A program made the position numbers and the translations under genes. 39,296 bases of DNA, from NCBI GenBank assembly GCA_029858565.1, contig JAOUEV010000033.1, forward strand, positions 1 through 39,296, read 5' to 3'. A model generated the notes under the pieces. The model was not told where the DNA came from. It saw only the letters and a program-made list of their open reading frames with translations, and made no database searches. Source of the DNA: Nitrospirota bacterium. Lineage in GTDB: Bacteria; Nitrospirota; UBA9217. Positions 28,243 to 35,292 of this stretch are shown here, one piece after another (positions within the stretch are counted from its first letter, which is position 1; each line of letters starts with the position of its first letter).

Positions 28243-28604
28243 GGGTTAAACAACTATCGCCTACGGGTGACTATACGTTCGGCAACTCGCAACTCAATTT
28301 CCTCGCGAACTCGCCAGAGTGCGTGGCCCAGGTCGTCTATACGTCGCTGCTTCTTTGGCTTGGTGAATGGTACCTCGATCTGACCGTCGGCATGCCGTGG
28401 GTCCAGGGCGTACTCGGAAAGCACAACCAGGCAACCGCCGACGTCACGGTGCAGGATTACATTTTAGGCGTTCAGGGCGTGACCGCAATTGAAACTTACA
28501 CGAGCATAGCTCAGACTGAACAACGTAAATACCTGGCGACTTCGAGAATCGACACCCTCTACGGGCCGACGGATCTCGACGTCACGAACCAGCGAGACCT
28601 CTAG
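28239..28604 (+). CDS. baseplate wedge/sheath initiator (gp25/gp46-like)
   Basis: GDYTFG, LW.GEW.LD..G.PW, T.YG. Confidence 0.75.
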   Translation: MRVKQLSPTGDYTFGNSQLNFLANSPECVAQVVYTSLLLWLGEWYLDLTVGMPWVQGVLGKHNQATADVTVQDYILGVQGVTAIETYTSIAQTEQRKYLATSRIDTLYGPTDLDVTNQRDL

Positions 28605-28613
28605 GGAGCGAAG

Positions 28614-29804
28614 ATGACCGTTGCTGATTTGGTATATATCGATTCGACCGGCTACCACTACGCGGACTATCCGACGTTCCTTCAGTTCGTGCAGGACCAG
28701 TACCGCGGCATCTACGGAGCCGACGTCTACCTCGGCCCCGATTCGATGGACGGACAATGGACCGCGATTCTCGCTCAGGCACTATACGACACGGCCCTGA
28801 CCGGATCTAAAACCTATAACTCATTCTCGCCGACGACGGCTCAGGGCGTAGGTCTCTCCCGAGTGGTGAAGATCAACGGCCTCAGACGGAACGTACCCAC
28901 CAGATCGACTGCGATCGTGACGATCACGGGTACCGCCGGCACCGTCATTCTGAACGGTATCGTGGCGGATAGCTTAGGGCAGCAATGGGCGCTGCCGGCG
29001 TCGGTCACGATTCCGCCCGGAGGCGACATCGATGTGACCGCGACCTCGACGGTCGACGGCGCGGTTCAGGCCGAAGCCTCGACGATCACCGTCATCTCGA
29101 CGCCGACACTTGGCTGGCAGTCGGTGACCAACTCGAGTGCTGCGACTCCCGGAGCTCCGGTCGAACAAGACGGCGAACTTCGTTTGCGTCAATCGGTATC
29201 GCAGGCTATCCCGGCTCAGACCGTGATCCAGGCGACTCGTGCGGCACTCGCGAATCTCTCGGGCGTTACCGAAGTCCGCGCGTACGAGAACGTCACCGAC
29301 ATCACCGACGGAAACGGTCTGCCCCCGCACTCGGTCTGCTTCATCGTTCAGGGCGGCGACGTCACCGACATCACGAACACGATCGGTCTATATAAAACTC
29401 CCGGCACGAACACTTTCGCGACCGGCCCGAACTCGCACGCCGAAACTTATATCGACCCGGCGGGCTTGCCAGTCCCGATCAACTTCTACAGCCCCGGTAT
29501 CGCCGCAACCATCGGCGTGCAACTCACCATCAAGGCGTTGACGGGCTGGGACTCGTCGTTCGAGACGCCGATCGCAGCGGCGGTTGCGGAACTCGTCGCG
29601 AGCTTCGGCATCGGCGGAACCGTGGTCTATACGCAGATCTTCGTGTCGGCTTACAACGCAGCACCTATCCCTGGCACCTATTATGTGCAGGGCGTTCAGA
29701 TTCAGAAGAACGGCGGCGGATTCGCTGCCGCGAATATTATTTTGGACTTCAACGAGATACCGGAGTGCGATCCGAACGCCGACATCGTATTCGTGATCGT
29801 TTAA
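28614..29804 (+). CDS. baseplate J-like protein
   Basis: IYG.D..L.PDS.DGQ, P.TA.G.GL, E.D.ELR.R, YEN.T...D.NGLP.HS. Confidence 0.9.
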   Translation: MTVADLVYIDSTGYHYADYPTFLQFVQDQYRGIYGADVYLGPDSMDGQWTAILAQALYDTALTGSKTYNSFSPTTAQGVGLSRVVKINGLRRNVPTRSTAIVTITGTAGTVILNGIVADSLGQQWALPASVTIPPGGDIDVTATSTVDGAVQAEASTITVISTPTLGWQSVTNSSAATPGAPVEQDGELRLRQSVSQAIPAQTVIQATRAALANLSGVTEVRAYENVTDITDGNGLPPHSVCFIVQGGDVTDITNTIGLYKTPGTNTFATGPNSHAETYIDPAGLPVPINFYSPGIAATIGVQLTIKALTGWDSSFETPIAAAVAELVASFGIGGTVVYTQIFVSAYNAAPIPGTYYVQGVQIQKNGGGFAAANIILDFNEIPECDPNADIVFVIV

Positions 29805-29814
29805 AGGGAGAGCC

Positions 29815-30495
29815 GTGGAAATTCAGGATTACCTAAATCTCGTCACGTCGGAGTACAAGAACCAGCCGAAGTTCAATGCCATGCTGTCGTTCATGGTCTC
29901 GGTGCAGGTTCAGGTGCAGAAGCTGATGAACCAGATGAGCGGCGAGGCGCTTCCTTCGCTTTTCGATCTCTCGACTCCGCCGATAGGAAACCAACTCGAC
30001 ATCATCGGCCAGTGGGTCGGAGTCTCGCGCACCGTGCATATCCCGGTCTCGGACGTCTACTTCACCTGGGACAGCACTTACGAGAAGGGATGGGACTACG
30101 GTCAGTGGCAGCCGGCGGACGCTCCGTCGACGATCACTTCGCTTCCGGATGACGTTTACCTGAATCTGATCTTGGCGACGATCGCTGCGAACAACTGGGA
30201 CGGCACGACGACAGGCGCGTACGCGATCTGGGCTCAGGTCTTCCCGGCGTTCCGAATTCTTATCCAAGACAATTGCAATATGACCTACAACCTCGGCATC
30301 GTCGGCGGCATCGTCGACTCTTTGACGCTAGCCCTCATAACTGGTGGGTATATACATCTGCGCCCCGAGGGCGTTCGCATCGATAAGTACTTTGTGCCCG
30401 TTGACTCAAATCCGGCCTTCTGTTGGGATGTGGAAACTACACTAGCAAAAGGCTGGGACGAAGGCTCTTGGCTCAGAGAACTCGCACCGACTTAA
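29815..30495 (+). CDS. baseplate wedge protein (DUF2612)
   Basis: G.QLDIIG.WVG.SR, L.DD.Y, N.WDGT, IQDN..M, P.GV. Confidence 0.85.
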   Translation: MEIQDYLNLVTSEYKNQPKFNAMLSFMVSVQVQVQKLMNQMSGEALPSLFDLSTPPIGNQLDIIGQWVGVSRTVHIPVSDVYFTWDSTYEKGWDYGQWQPADAPSTITSLPDDVYLNLILATIAANNWDGTTTGAYAIWAQVFPAFRILIQDNCNMTYNLGIVGGIVDSLTLALITGGYIHLRPEGVRIDKYFVPVDSNPAFCWDVETTLAKGWDEGSWLRELAPT

Positions 30496-30515
30496 AAATT
30501 TAAAAGGAGTGGCCC

Positions 30516-31646
30516 ATGCCAACTAATAATTTCGTCCCGTTCTGTAACGAAAACACCGGCACCAACCTGCCGACGCAAAACGCCTACATCGCCGATCCGA
30601 ACCTGCCGATCGGGAACCAACCCGGTATCGCGAGTTCGGCGTTCAACAACAAGGCGCTTCGTCAAGGGACGACGATCGCAGCCGTCCTCGCTCAGTACGT
30701 GAGCGACACGCAAGCGATCGACATGCTCGATAACCAGAACACCGCCGATCACGCGAATCCGCCGGCGCTGTTGAAGGGCCTCGAGGCCGCTCTCAGACGT
30801 CTGACTCCGGTGATCACCGATTACACCTCGGGCTCCGGCAACCACAATTTGTCATACAAGTTTTTCATCACGAATCCCTCGGTTGCTCCGACCGCTGGCG
30901 CGACCTATTCCGACGGCACGACGACCTATACGGTGAAGACGACCTACGTAAACAACACCGAACTCCATGCAACCGGAGGCACCGCTCCGGCGGTGACGGC
31001 GGGAACCCTCACCAAGACTGGTGGAACGGGAGACGCGACGCTGACCTTCTACGCTTACAGACGACCTCTGACGATGAAGGTGAAAATATGGGGCGGCGGC
31101 GGATCCGGCGCGGGCGGCGGTGTGGCCACTCCCGGTAACGGTACTGCGGGAAATGCTTCGACTTGGGGGTCCTTATCAGCTGGCGGCGGTGCTGCGGGCA
31201 CCTGGAGTGTTTCTGGCGGCGGCGCAGGCGGAACGAATACTTTTTCTGGAAACGGTTTTGAAACTCCGGGAGGAGCGGGACAAGGGGGCTGCTACATAAA
31301 TAACGCCGGGGTGGACATCGGAGGCGCCGGCGGACGGGGCGGCGATAGCTTCGGAGGCGGCGGAGGCCCTGGGGGCTCGGTTTCAAGCGCTGGCCAGAAT
31401 GGACGCGCCAACTCAGGCGCTGGAGGCGGCGGAGGCGGCGCTTATTCAAGCGGCGGTACTCCAGTAAAGAGCGGTGGAGCCGGCGGAGCCGGCGGTTACA
31501 TCGAAGCCGATATTTCCAACCCGTCTTCACAGTATGCATATGCTGTGGGGGCCGCGCAGACGTCGGTCGGATCGGGAACAGGGGGCGGAGCTAACGGAGG
31601 TCAGGGAGCTGCGGGCCGTATCATCGTTTACGAGAGCTATCAATAG
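30516..31646 (+). CDS. tail fibre protein with a glycine-rich C-terminal domain
   Basis: N-terminal N.F.PF...G.A.S...NKALRQ anchor; GGGG-rich repeats ending G..G.IIVYE. Confidence 0.8.
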   Translation: MPTNNFVPFCNENTGTNLPTQNAYIADPNLPIGNQPGIASSAFNNKALRQGTTIAAVLAQYVSDTQAIDMLDNQNTADHANPPALLKGLEAALRRLTPVITDYTSGSGNHNLSYKFFITNPSVAPTAGATYSDGTTTYTVKTTYVNNTELHATGGTAPAVTAGTLTKTGGTGDATLTFYAYRRPLTMKVKIWGGGGSGAGGGVATPGNGTAGNASTWGSLSAGGGAAGTWSVSGGGAGGTNTFSGNGFETPGGAGQGGCYINNAGVDIGGAGGRGGDSFGGGGGPGGSVSSAGQNGRANSGAGGGGGGAYSSGGTPVKSGGAGGAGGYIEADISNPSSQYAYAVGAAQTSVGSGTGGGANGGQGAAGRIIVYESYQ

Positions 31647-31888
31647 TGGAACCTACGAAGGCCGCGCTCGACATACCGAAAGAGGTCTATTACGTCGCCG
31701 GGGTTTTGCTTCTCGCAAACCTCGGCACGATCGTGTCGATCATGTTCGCGGCCTTCAAAGCCGTCTGGTGGGCGTCGAAGCTCGACTCGAAAGTCGACGA
31801 GGCCCGCGCGACGGCAGTCAGAGCTCATAAACGAATCGATACGCTCGAGCGCGAAGACTCGGGCGAGACCGACGGGCCGAGTGCGTGA
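31646..31888 (+). CDS. small membrane protein, holin-like
   Basis: One long hydrophobic segment, then AHKRIDTLE coiled tail; directly upstream of the endolysin. Confidence 0.55.
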   Translation: MEPTKAALDIPKEVYYVAGVLLLANLGTIVSIMFAAFKAVWWASKLDSKVDEARATAVRAHKRIDTLEREDSGETDGPSA

Positions 31889-32484
31889 CCAATCTCGACG
31901 TCGCCTTCCATTACCTCATCGAATTTAGCGAAGGCTGGGAATACGTCAACGATCCCGACGACCCCGGCGGACCCACCAAGTTTGGAATCACAAAGAAAAC
32001 CTACGAGAACTTCTTCGGCGTCTGCGTTCCTGATCGCGAGATCGAACTCATGTCGCCGGCGATCGCGAAGCAGATATACGCTGCGGAGTACTGGGCTCCG
32101 CTCGCTCTCGGATGCGTTCAGAACCTGGGTTTTGCAGTCGCATTTTTTGATACGTGCGTGCTCTATGGGGTTAGAACCACTGGGCTTATGATCCAGCGGG
32201 CACTCAGCCGGGGCGGCGCCACGCTAAAGTTAGACGGCATTATTGGCGATAAATCCTTGGGATTCATAAATCTCGCAGGAGGTGGCTCGCCGTCCGCACA
32301 GCTACAACTTATGAAAGCCTTCCAAGGCCAGATCATGGATCGCATCGATGCGGTCATCGTCGCCAAGCCGACAAGCGAAAAATATCGCCGGGGCTGGACG
32401 AATCGGGCCGATCGCCTTTTGAACCTACTCGACGAAGAGTACGTCAATAAACTCAAAAACCAAGTTACCCAGGAGTTGTCATGA
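31885..32484 (+). CDS. endolysin, glycoside hydrolase family 108
   Basis: EG..YVNDPDDPGGPTKFGIT, DGIIG, GWTNR. Confidence 0.9.
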   Translation: MTNLDVAFHYLIEFSEGWEYVNDPDDPGGPTKFGITKKTYENFFGVCVPDREIELMSPAIAKQIYAAEYWAPLALGCVQNLGFAVAFFDTCVLYGVRTTGLMIQRALSRGGATLKLDGIIGDKSLGFINLAGGGSPSAQLQLMKAFQGQIMDRIDAVIVAKPTSEKYRRGWTNRADRLLNLLDEEYVNKLKNQVTQELS

Positions 32485-32945
32485 AGAAATGTATGATCTA
32501 CGCCGGTCTCGCTTTCGCGCTGACTTTCGCGTGCGCTAAGGTCGCGCACGGACAAGACGCAGCTTCCGCAGTCCAAGCGCAAGTCGCGAGCTCGCAAGTA
32601 CCCGTCACCGTTCAACCCGCAGTCGCCGATGCGCCGGCAGCTGTCGTAGTTCCGGAGCCGGCCGCACCGCCCGAGTGGGCGACCGAAGTCCTCCTCTCCG
32701 TCTCGAAGCTGCCCGTGATCGGCCCGTACGTTTCCAAGGCGCTGCTCTATCTCGGCATCCTCGCGGCTCTTCTTACCACTCTGGTGGGCGCGGCCTTGAG
32801 CATCCTCGCGACGCTGAAGACCGGATTCAACTGGGCCGGCCTCGACAAAGCGTCGGCGGCCATCGAAGCTTTCCGTAACGGCAAAATCGTCTATTGGCTG
32901 ACGTACTTCTCGAACTTCAACGCCAAGAAGAAAAACGTCGCATGA
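32481..32945 (+). CDS. membrane protein with a signal peptide (lysis cassette)
   Basis: AGGAG RBS; MKK + hydrophobic core + AHG|QD, Ala/Pro linker, long hydrophobic segment, basic C-terminus. Confidence 0.7.
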   Translation: MKKCMIYAGLAFALTFACAKVAHGQDAASAVQAQVASSQVPVTVQPAVADAPAAVVVPEPAAPPEWATEVLLSVSKLPVIGPYVSKALLYLGILAALLTTLVGAALSILATLKTGFNWAGLDKASAAIEAFRNGKIVYWLTYFSNFNAKKKNVA

Positions 32946-33157
32946 AGCTGATCTTGCTGTTTCTCACGTCGCTGCCGGATCTCATCAAGCTCCTGCAGAT
33001 CATCGACAAGACGATTCAGAAGGGCGAAACTGATAGGAAGGTGAAGGATGACCTCAAAGTGCTACATCAAGCGTTTGCCGATAAGGACGGAGCCAAAGTC
33101 ACCGCTCTGTTCATGGGCGAAGCTCCTCCTGACGATATTCCTCGCAAACAGCCTTAG
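32942..33157 (+). CDS. small protein, possible i-spanin-like
   Basis: ATG at 32942 (ATGA overlap); MKLILLFLTSLP start; overlapped by a lipoprotein ORF. Confidence 0.6.
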   Translation: MKLILLFLTSLPDLIKLLQIIDKTIQKGETDRKVKDDLKVLHQAFADKDGAKVTALFMGEAPPDDIPRKQP

Positions 33158-33320
33158 CGGCTGCTCGACGCTCTTCAGATCGGAGAGCGTCGATACCAGA
33201 TTCGACGGCAAGTGGCAGGCCTGCGAGATCGTTCCGCAAAAGCCGCTCATGTGCCTCGACGAGCCGGACACCGGCAAGCTTTTAAAACTCTTACGCCAAT
33301 GCGGGAGCCCACGTCCATGA
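33048..33320 (+). CDS. lipoprotein, possible o-spanin-like
   Basis: Hydrophobic core and LSGC lipobox; overlaps the upstream gene in another frame, as Rz/Rz1 pairs do. Confidence 0.55.
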   Translation: MTSKCYIKRLPIRTEPKSPLCSWAKLLLTIFLANSLSGCSTLFRSESVDTRFDGKWQACEIVPQKPLMCLDEPDTGKLLKLLRQCGSPRP

Positions 33321-33433
33321 ACTGCATCTACCTCGGCTTTGTAAACCAAAACCCTGCGTTAATAATCATCGGCTTTGTAAACCAAACGGAGGCCACGAAG
33401 ATCGTAGGCCTCGTCAACTGCGAAGAGGAGTAA
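33317..33433 (+). CDS. 38-aa micro-protein with three G(F/L)VN repeats
   Basis: ATG at 33317 (ATGA overlap, GGGAG RBS): MNCIYLGFVNQNPALIIIGFVNQTEATKIVGLVNCEEE. Confidence 0.6.
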   Translation: MNCIYLGFVNQNPALIIIGFVNQTEATKIVGLVNCEEE

Positions 33434-33437
33434 CCCT

Positions 33438-33791
33438 ATGACTTGCCCGCAACCCGCCGGCCCCTTCACCATCTTCACCGGCGACGCCAAGACGCTGCCC
33501 CTTCGGATCGCCTACGCGAGCGGGCTTCCGGTCGACATCACCTCGGCTTCCGAGATCGTCGTCAAGCTCCCGAACGCCGACGGCTCGTTCACGCTGCTGA
33601 AGCTTACCGAGTCGAAAGTCGCCATCGTCTCGCCGGGAACCCTCGGCCAGATCACGGCGCCGATCACGGCCCTCGTCTCGGCGGCGCTGAACATCGGCGA
33701 ACTCCAAGACATCGACGTGACGTTCACCATTGGTGGGAACCCTTTCACGGTTCGCTTCTACGGCGCGCTCTCCGTTTTCGAGAACACCTAA
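33438..33791 (+). CDS. Ig-like/BppU-like beta-sandwich virion protein
   Basis: GAGGAG RBS; IF.GD.KTL.L.I....G.PVDIT.A pattern, beta-rich. Confidence 0.55.
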   Translation: MTCPQPAGPFTIFTGDAKTLPLRIAYASGLPVDITSASEIVVKLPNADGSFTLLKLTESKVAIVSPGTLGQITAPITALVSAALNIGELQDIDVTFTIGGNPFTVRFYGALSVFENT

Positions 33792-33793
33792 AA

Positions 33794-34507
33794 ATGGATT
33801 ACTCGAAGTGGCTCGACGAGAAGGGGTACCCCGGATGCCGGCAAGACGACGGCTCGTGGGACGGCGGCGACACTGCGGCCATCCTCGGCACGATCATGGC
33901 GCTTTCGCCGGCGCTCACGGAACTGATCGTGAAGCCGCTGCCGGAAGCCTGCCCCTACGACGTCGTATACCATCAGCCGCTTCGCCATCCCGACCGCAAG
34001 AAATGGTACGGTCTCCCACATCGGTACTCGCGCGACCAGCTGATCGCGATGCTTTGCGGCGCGATGATGGCCGGGGTCGCCCTCGATAACGTCTTCCGCG
34101 CGCACCGGGAGCGCTGGTTCGTGACGGCCTGGAACACCCGTAAGAACGGCGTCGTCGAGACCCCCTGGAAGTTCCCGGACATTTGCGGCCCCGAGGTCTG
34201 GGCGCTCTGGATTCGTTTCTATAAGCCTTGGTGGGGCTGGTTCGTTCTGACCTTCCTGGACGTCGAGACGCTCGTCGGCGCGATCACCTGGCGGTGGTTC
34301 CAGCCGAAGACGAACCAGATCTGCCGCAACCATATGCTGGTATCCTTCGTCATGCGACGGAGACAGCCCTCCCTGCTCACGCCGTTCATCCAAGCTATCA
34401 ACGATTACCCCGAGATGATCGCGCGCTGGCGGGCCTCTAATGAAGCCACAGGCGAGTTTCCGACCGCCGACCTCTTTGCTGATTTCTTAGGCATCCCGAA
34501 GCCCTAG
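33794..34507 (+). CDS. hypothetical Trp-rich protein (MDYSKWLDEKG...)
   Basis: ATG at 33794 just after the previous stop; the 5' part of track ORF 33443.. overlaps another gene. Confidence 0.75.
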   Translation: MDYSKWLDEKGYPGCRQDDGSWDGGDTAAILGTIMALSPALTELIVKPLPEACPYDVVYHQPLRHPDRKKWYGLPHRYSRDQLIAMLCGAMMAGVALDNVFRAHRERWFVTAWNTRKNGVVETPWKFPDICGPEVWALWIRFYKPWWGWFVLTFLDVETLVGAITWRWFQPKTNQICRNHMLVSFVMRRRQPSLLTPFIQAINDYPEMIARWRASNEATGEFPTADLFADFLGIPKP

Positions 34508-34555
34508 ACCCCGCTGCATACGGTATGCATTTATGCGGCGCTCCTGCATAATATA

Positions 34556-34661
34556 TTCCGGACGTTCCCGGTTGCTTTTTAAAAGCAACTCCTGCGACGA
34601 TTCGGATGTGGGGGCGCTCCGCCGAGCCATAAAAAGCGATGAAAGTGGGGCGTTTTCTTTT
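34556..34661 (+). ncRNA. candidate structured small RNA and/or terminator
   Basis: CATAAT at 34547-34552, nested stems around a near-perfect palindrome at 34571-34589, then a GC stem followed by TTTCTTTT. Confidence 0.35.
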
Positions 34662-34667
34662 AGAGAG

Positions 34668-34907
34668 TCAAAGCCGTGGTTGCCCGAAAGGCGTGTACGG
34701 CTTCCACCGATCATACTCCTGCCTGATCACGAGCCGCGCCGGCACCGTAAAAAACCAACAGCCGACCGCCTGAGTACACCAAGTTCCCTTCAATACCGCC
34801 TTCCGCCCGTCATCGTCGAACGATACCTTCGAGACGCAGAAAAAGACGTCGATACAATTCTCGTGCTTCCAGTAGATAGTGCCGCTCCGGCGTCGGTCGA
34901 ATTTCAT
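34668..34907 (-). CDS. hypothetical protein (MKFDRRRSGTIYWKH...)
   Basis: 3' part of track ORF 34668..35234; ATG at 34907 behind GGGAG. Confidence 0.55.
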   Translation of the reverse strand: MKFDRRRSGTIYWKHENCIDVFFCVSKVSFDDDGRKAVLKGTWCTQAVGCWFFTVPARLVIRQEYDRWKPYTPFGQPRL

Positions 34908-34925
34908 TAGAAGTTGCTGCTCCCG

Positions 34926-35012
34926 TTTACTAGAAGATACTGCAGTCGTTCGCATATAAAAGCGATCCAAACCACCGAAACTACAGTCGATCACATATAA
35001 ATTTTTACTAGA
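34926..35012. repeat. 22-bp imperfect direct repeat flanked by TTTACTAGA copies
   Basis: ACTGCAGTCGTTCGCATATAAA (34939-34960) vs ACTACAGTCGATCACATATAAA (34980-35001), 19/22 identical. Confidence 0.6.
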
Positions 35013-35014
35013 GG

Positions 35015-35266
35015 TTAGTGGTACCCCGGCACGAGACCGTGACGGATTCGCTCCATGTAGCTCTGAAGAATAAGGTCCTGGGTCAGCGACGCGCAGTCGT
35101 CGCAAGTCAGCACCTGGATGATTCCGCCCTTGCGCTCGATCCGGTGCACGGTCCAGCGGGGTTCTCCGAACTGCGCGGCTCGCACCTCGATCTCGAGCAG
35201 ATCGCCCTCGACCCCACAGACGTGACACTGGCAATAATGATCTGGTTTCTTCTCAGTGTCGGTCAC
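35015..35266 (-). CDS. small zinc-finger-like protein
   Basis: CHVC...CDDC pairs; probable GTG start at 35266. Confidence 0.55.
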   Translation of the reverse strand: MTDTEKKPDHYCQCHVCGVEGDLLEIEVRAAQFGEPRWTVHRIERKGGIIQVLTCDDCASLTQDLILQSYMERIRHGLVPGYH

Positions 35267-35292
35267 GGGATTCGCTCTCGAGAATGGTGAGG

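Noticed and set aside
33443-33793. N-terminal extension of track ORF 33443..34507
   Set aside because: Out-of-frame overlap with 33438..33791; protein-like sequence begins at ATG 33794.
7657-34507. Genome-wide TAG recoding
   Set aside because: Other TAG stops (7659, 8188, 12339, 15440, 18877, 19791, 26241) end complete proteins or directly precede the next start; no suppressor tRNA seen.
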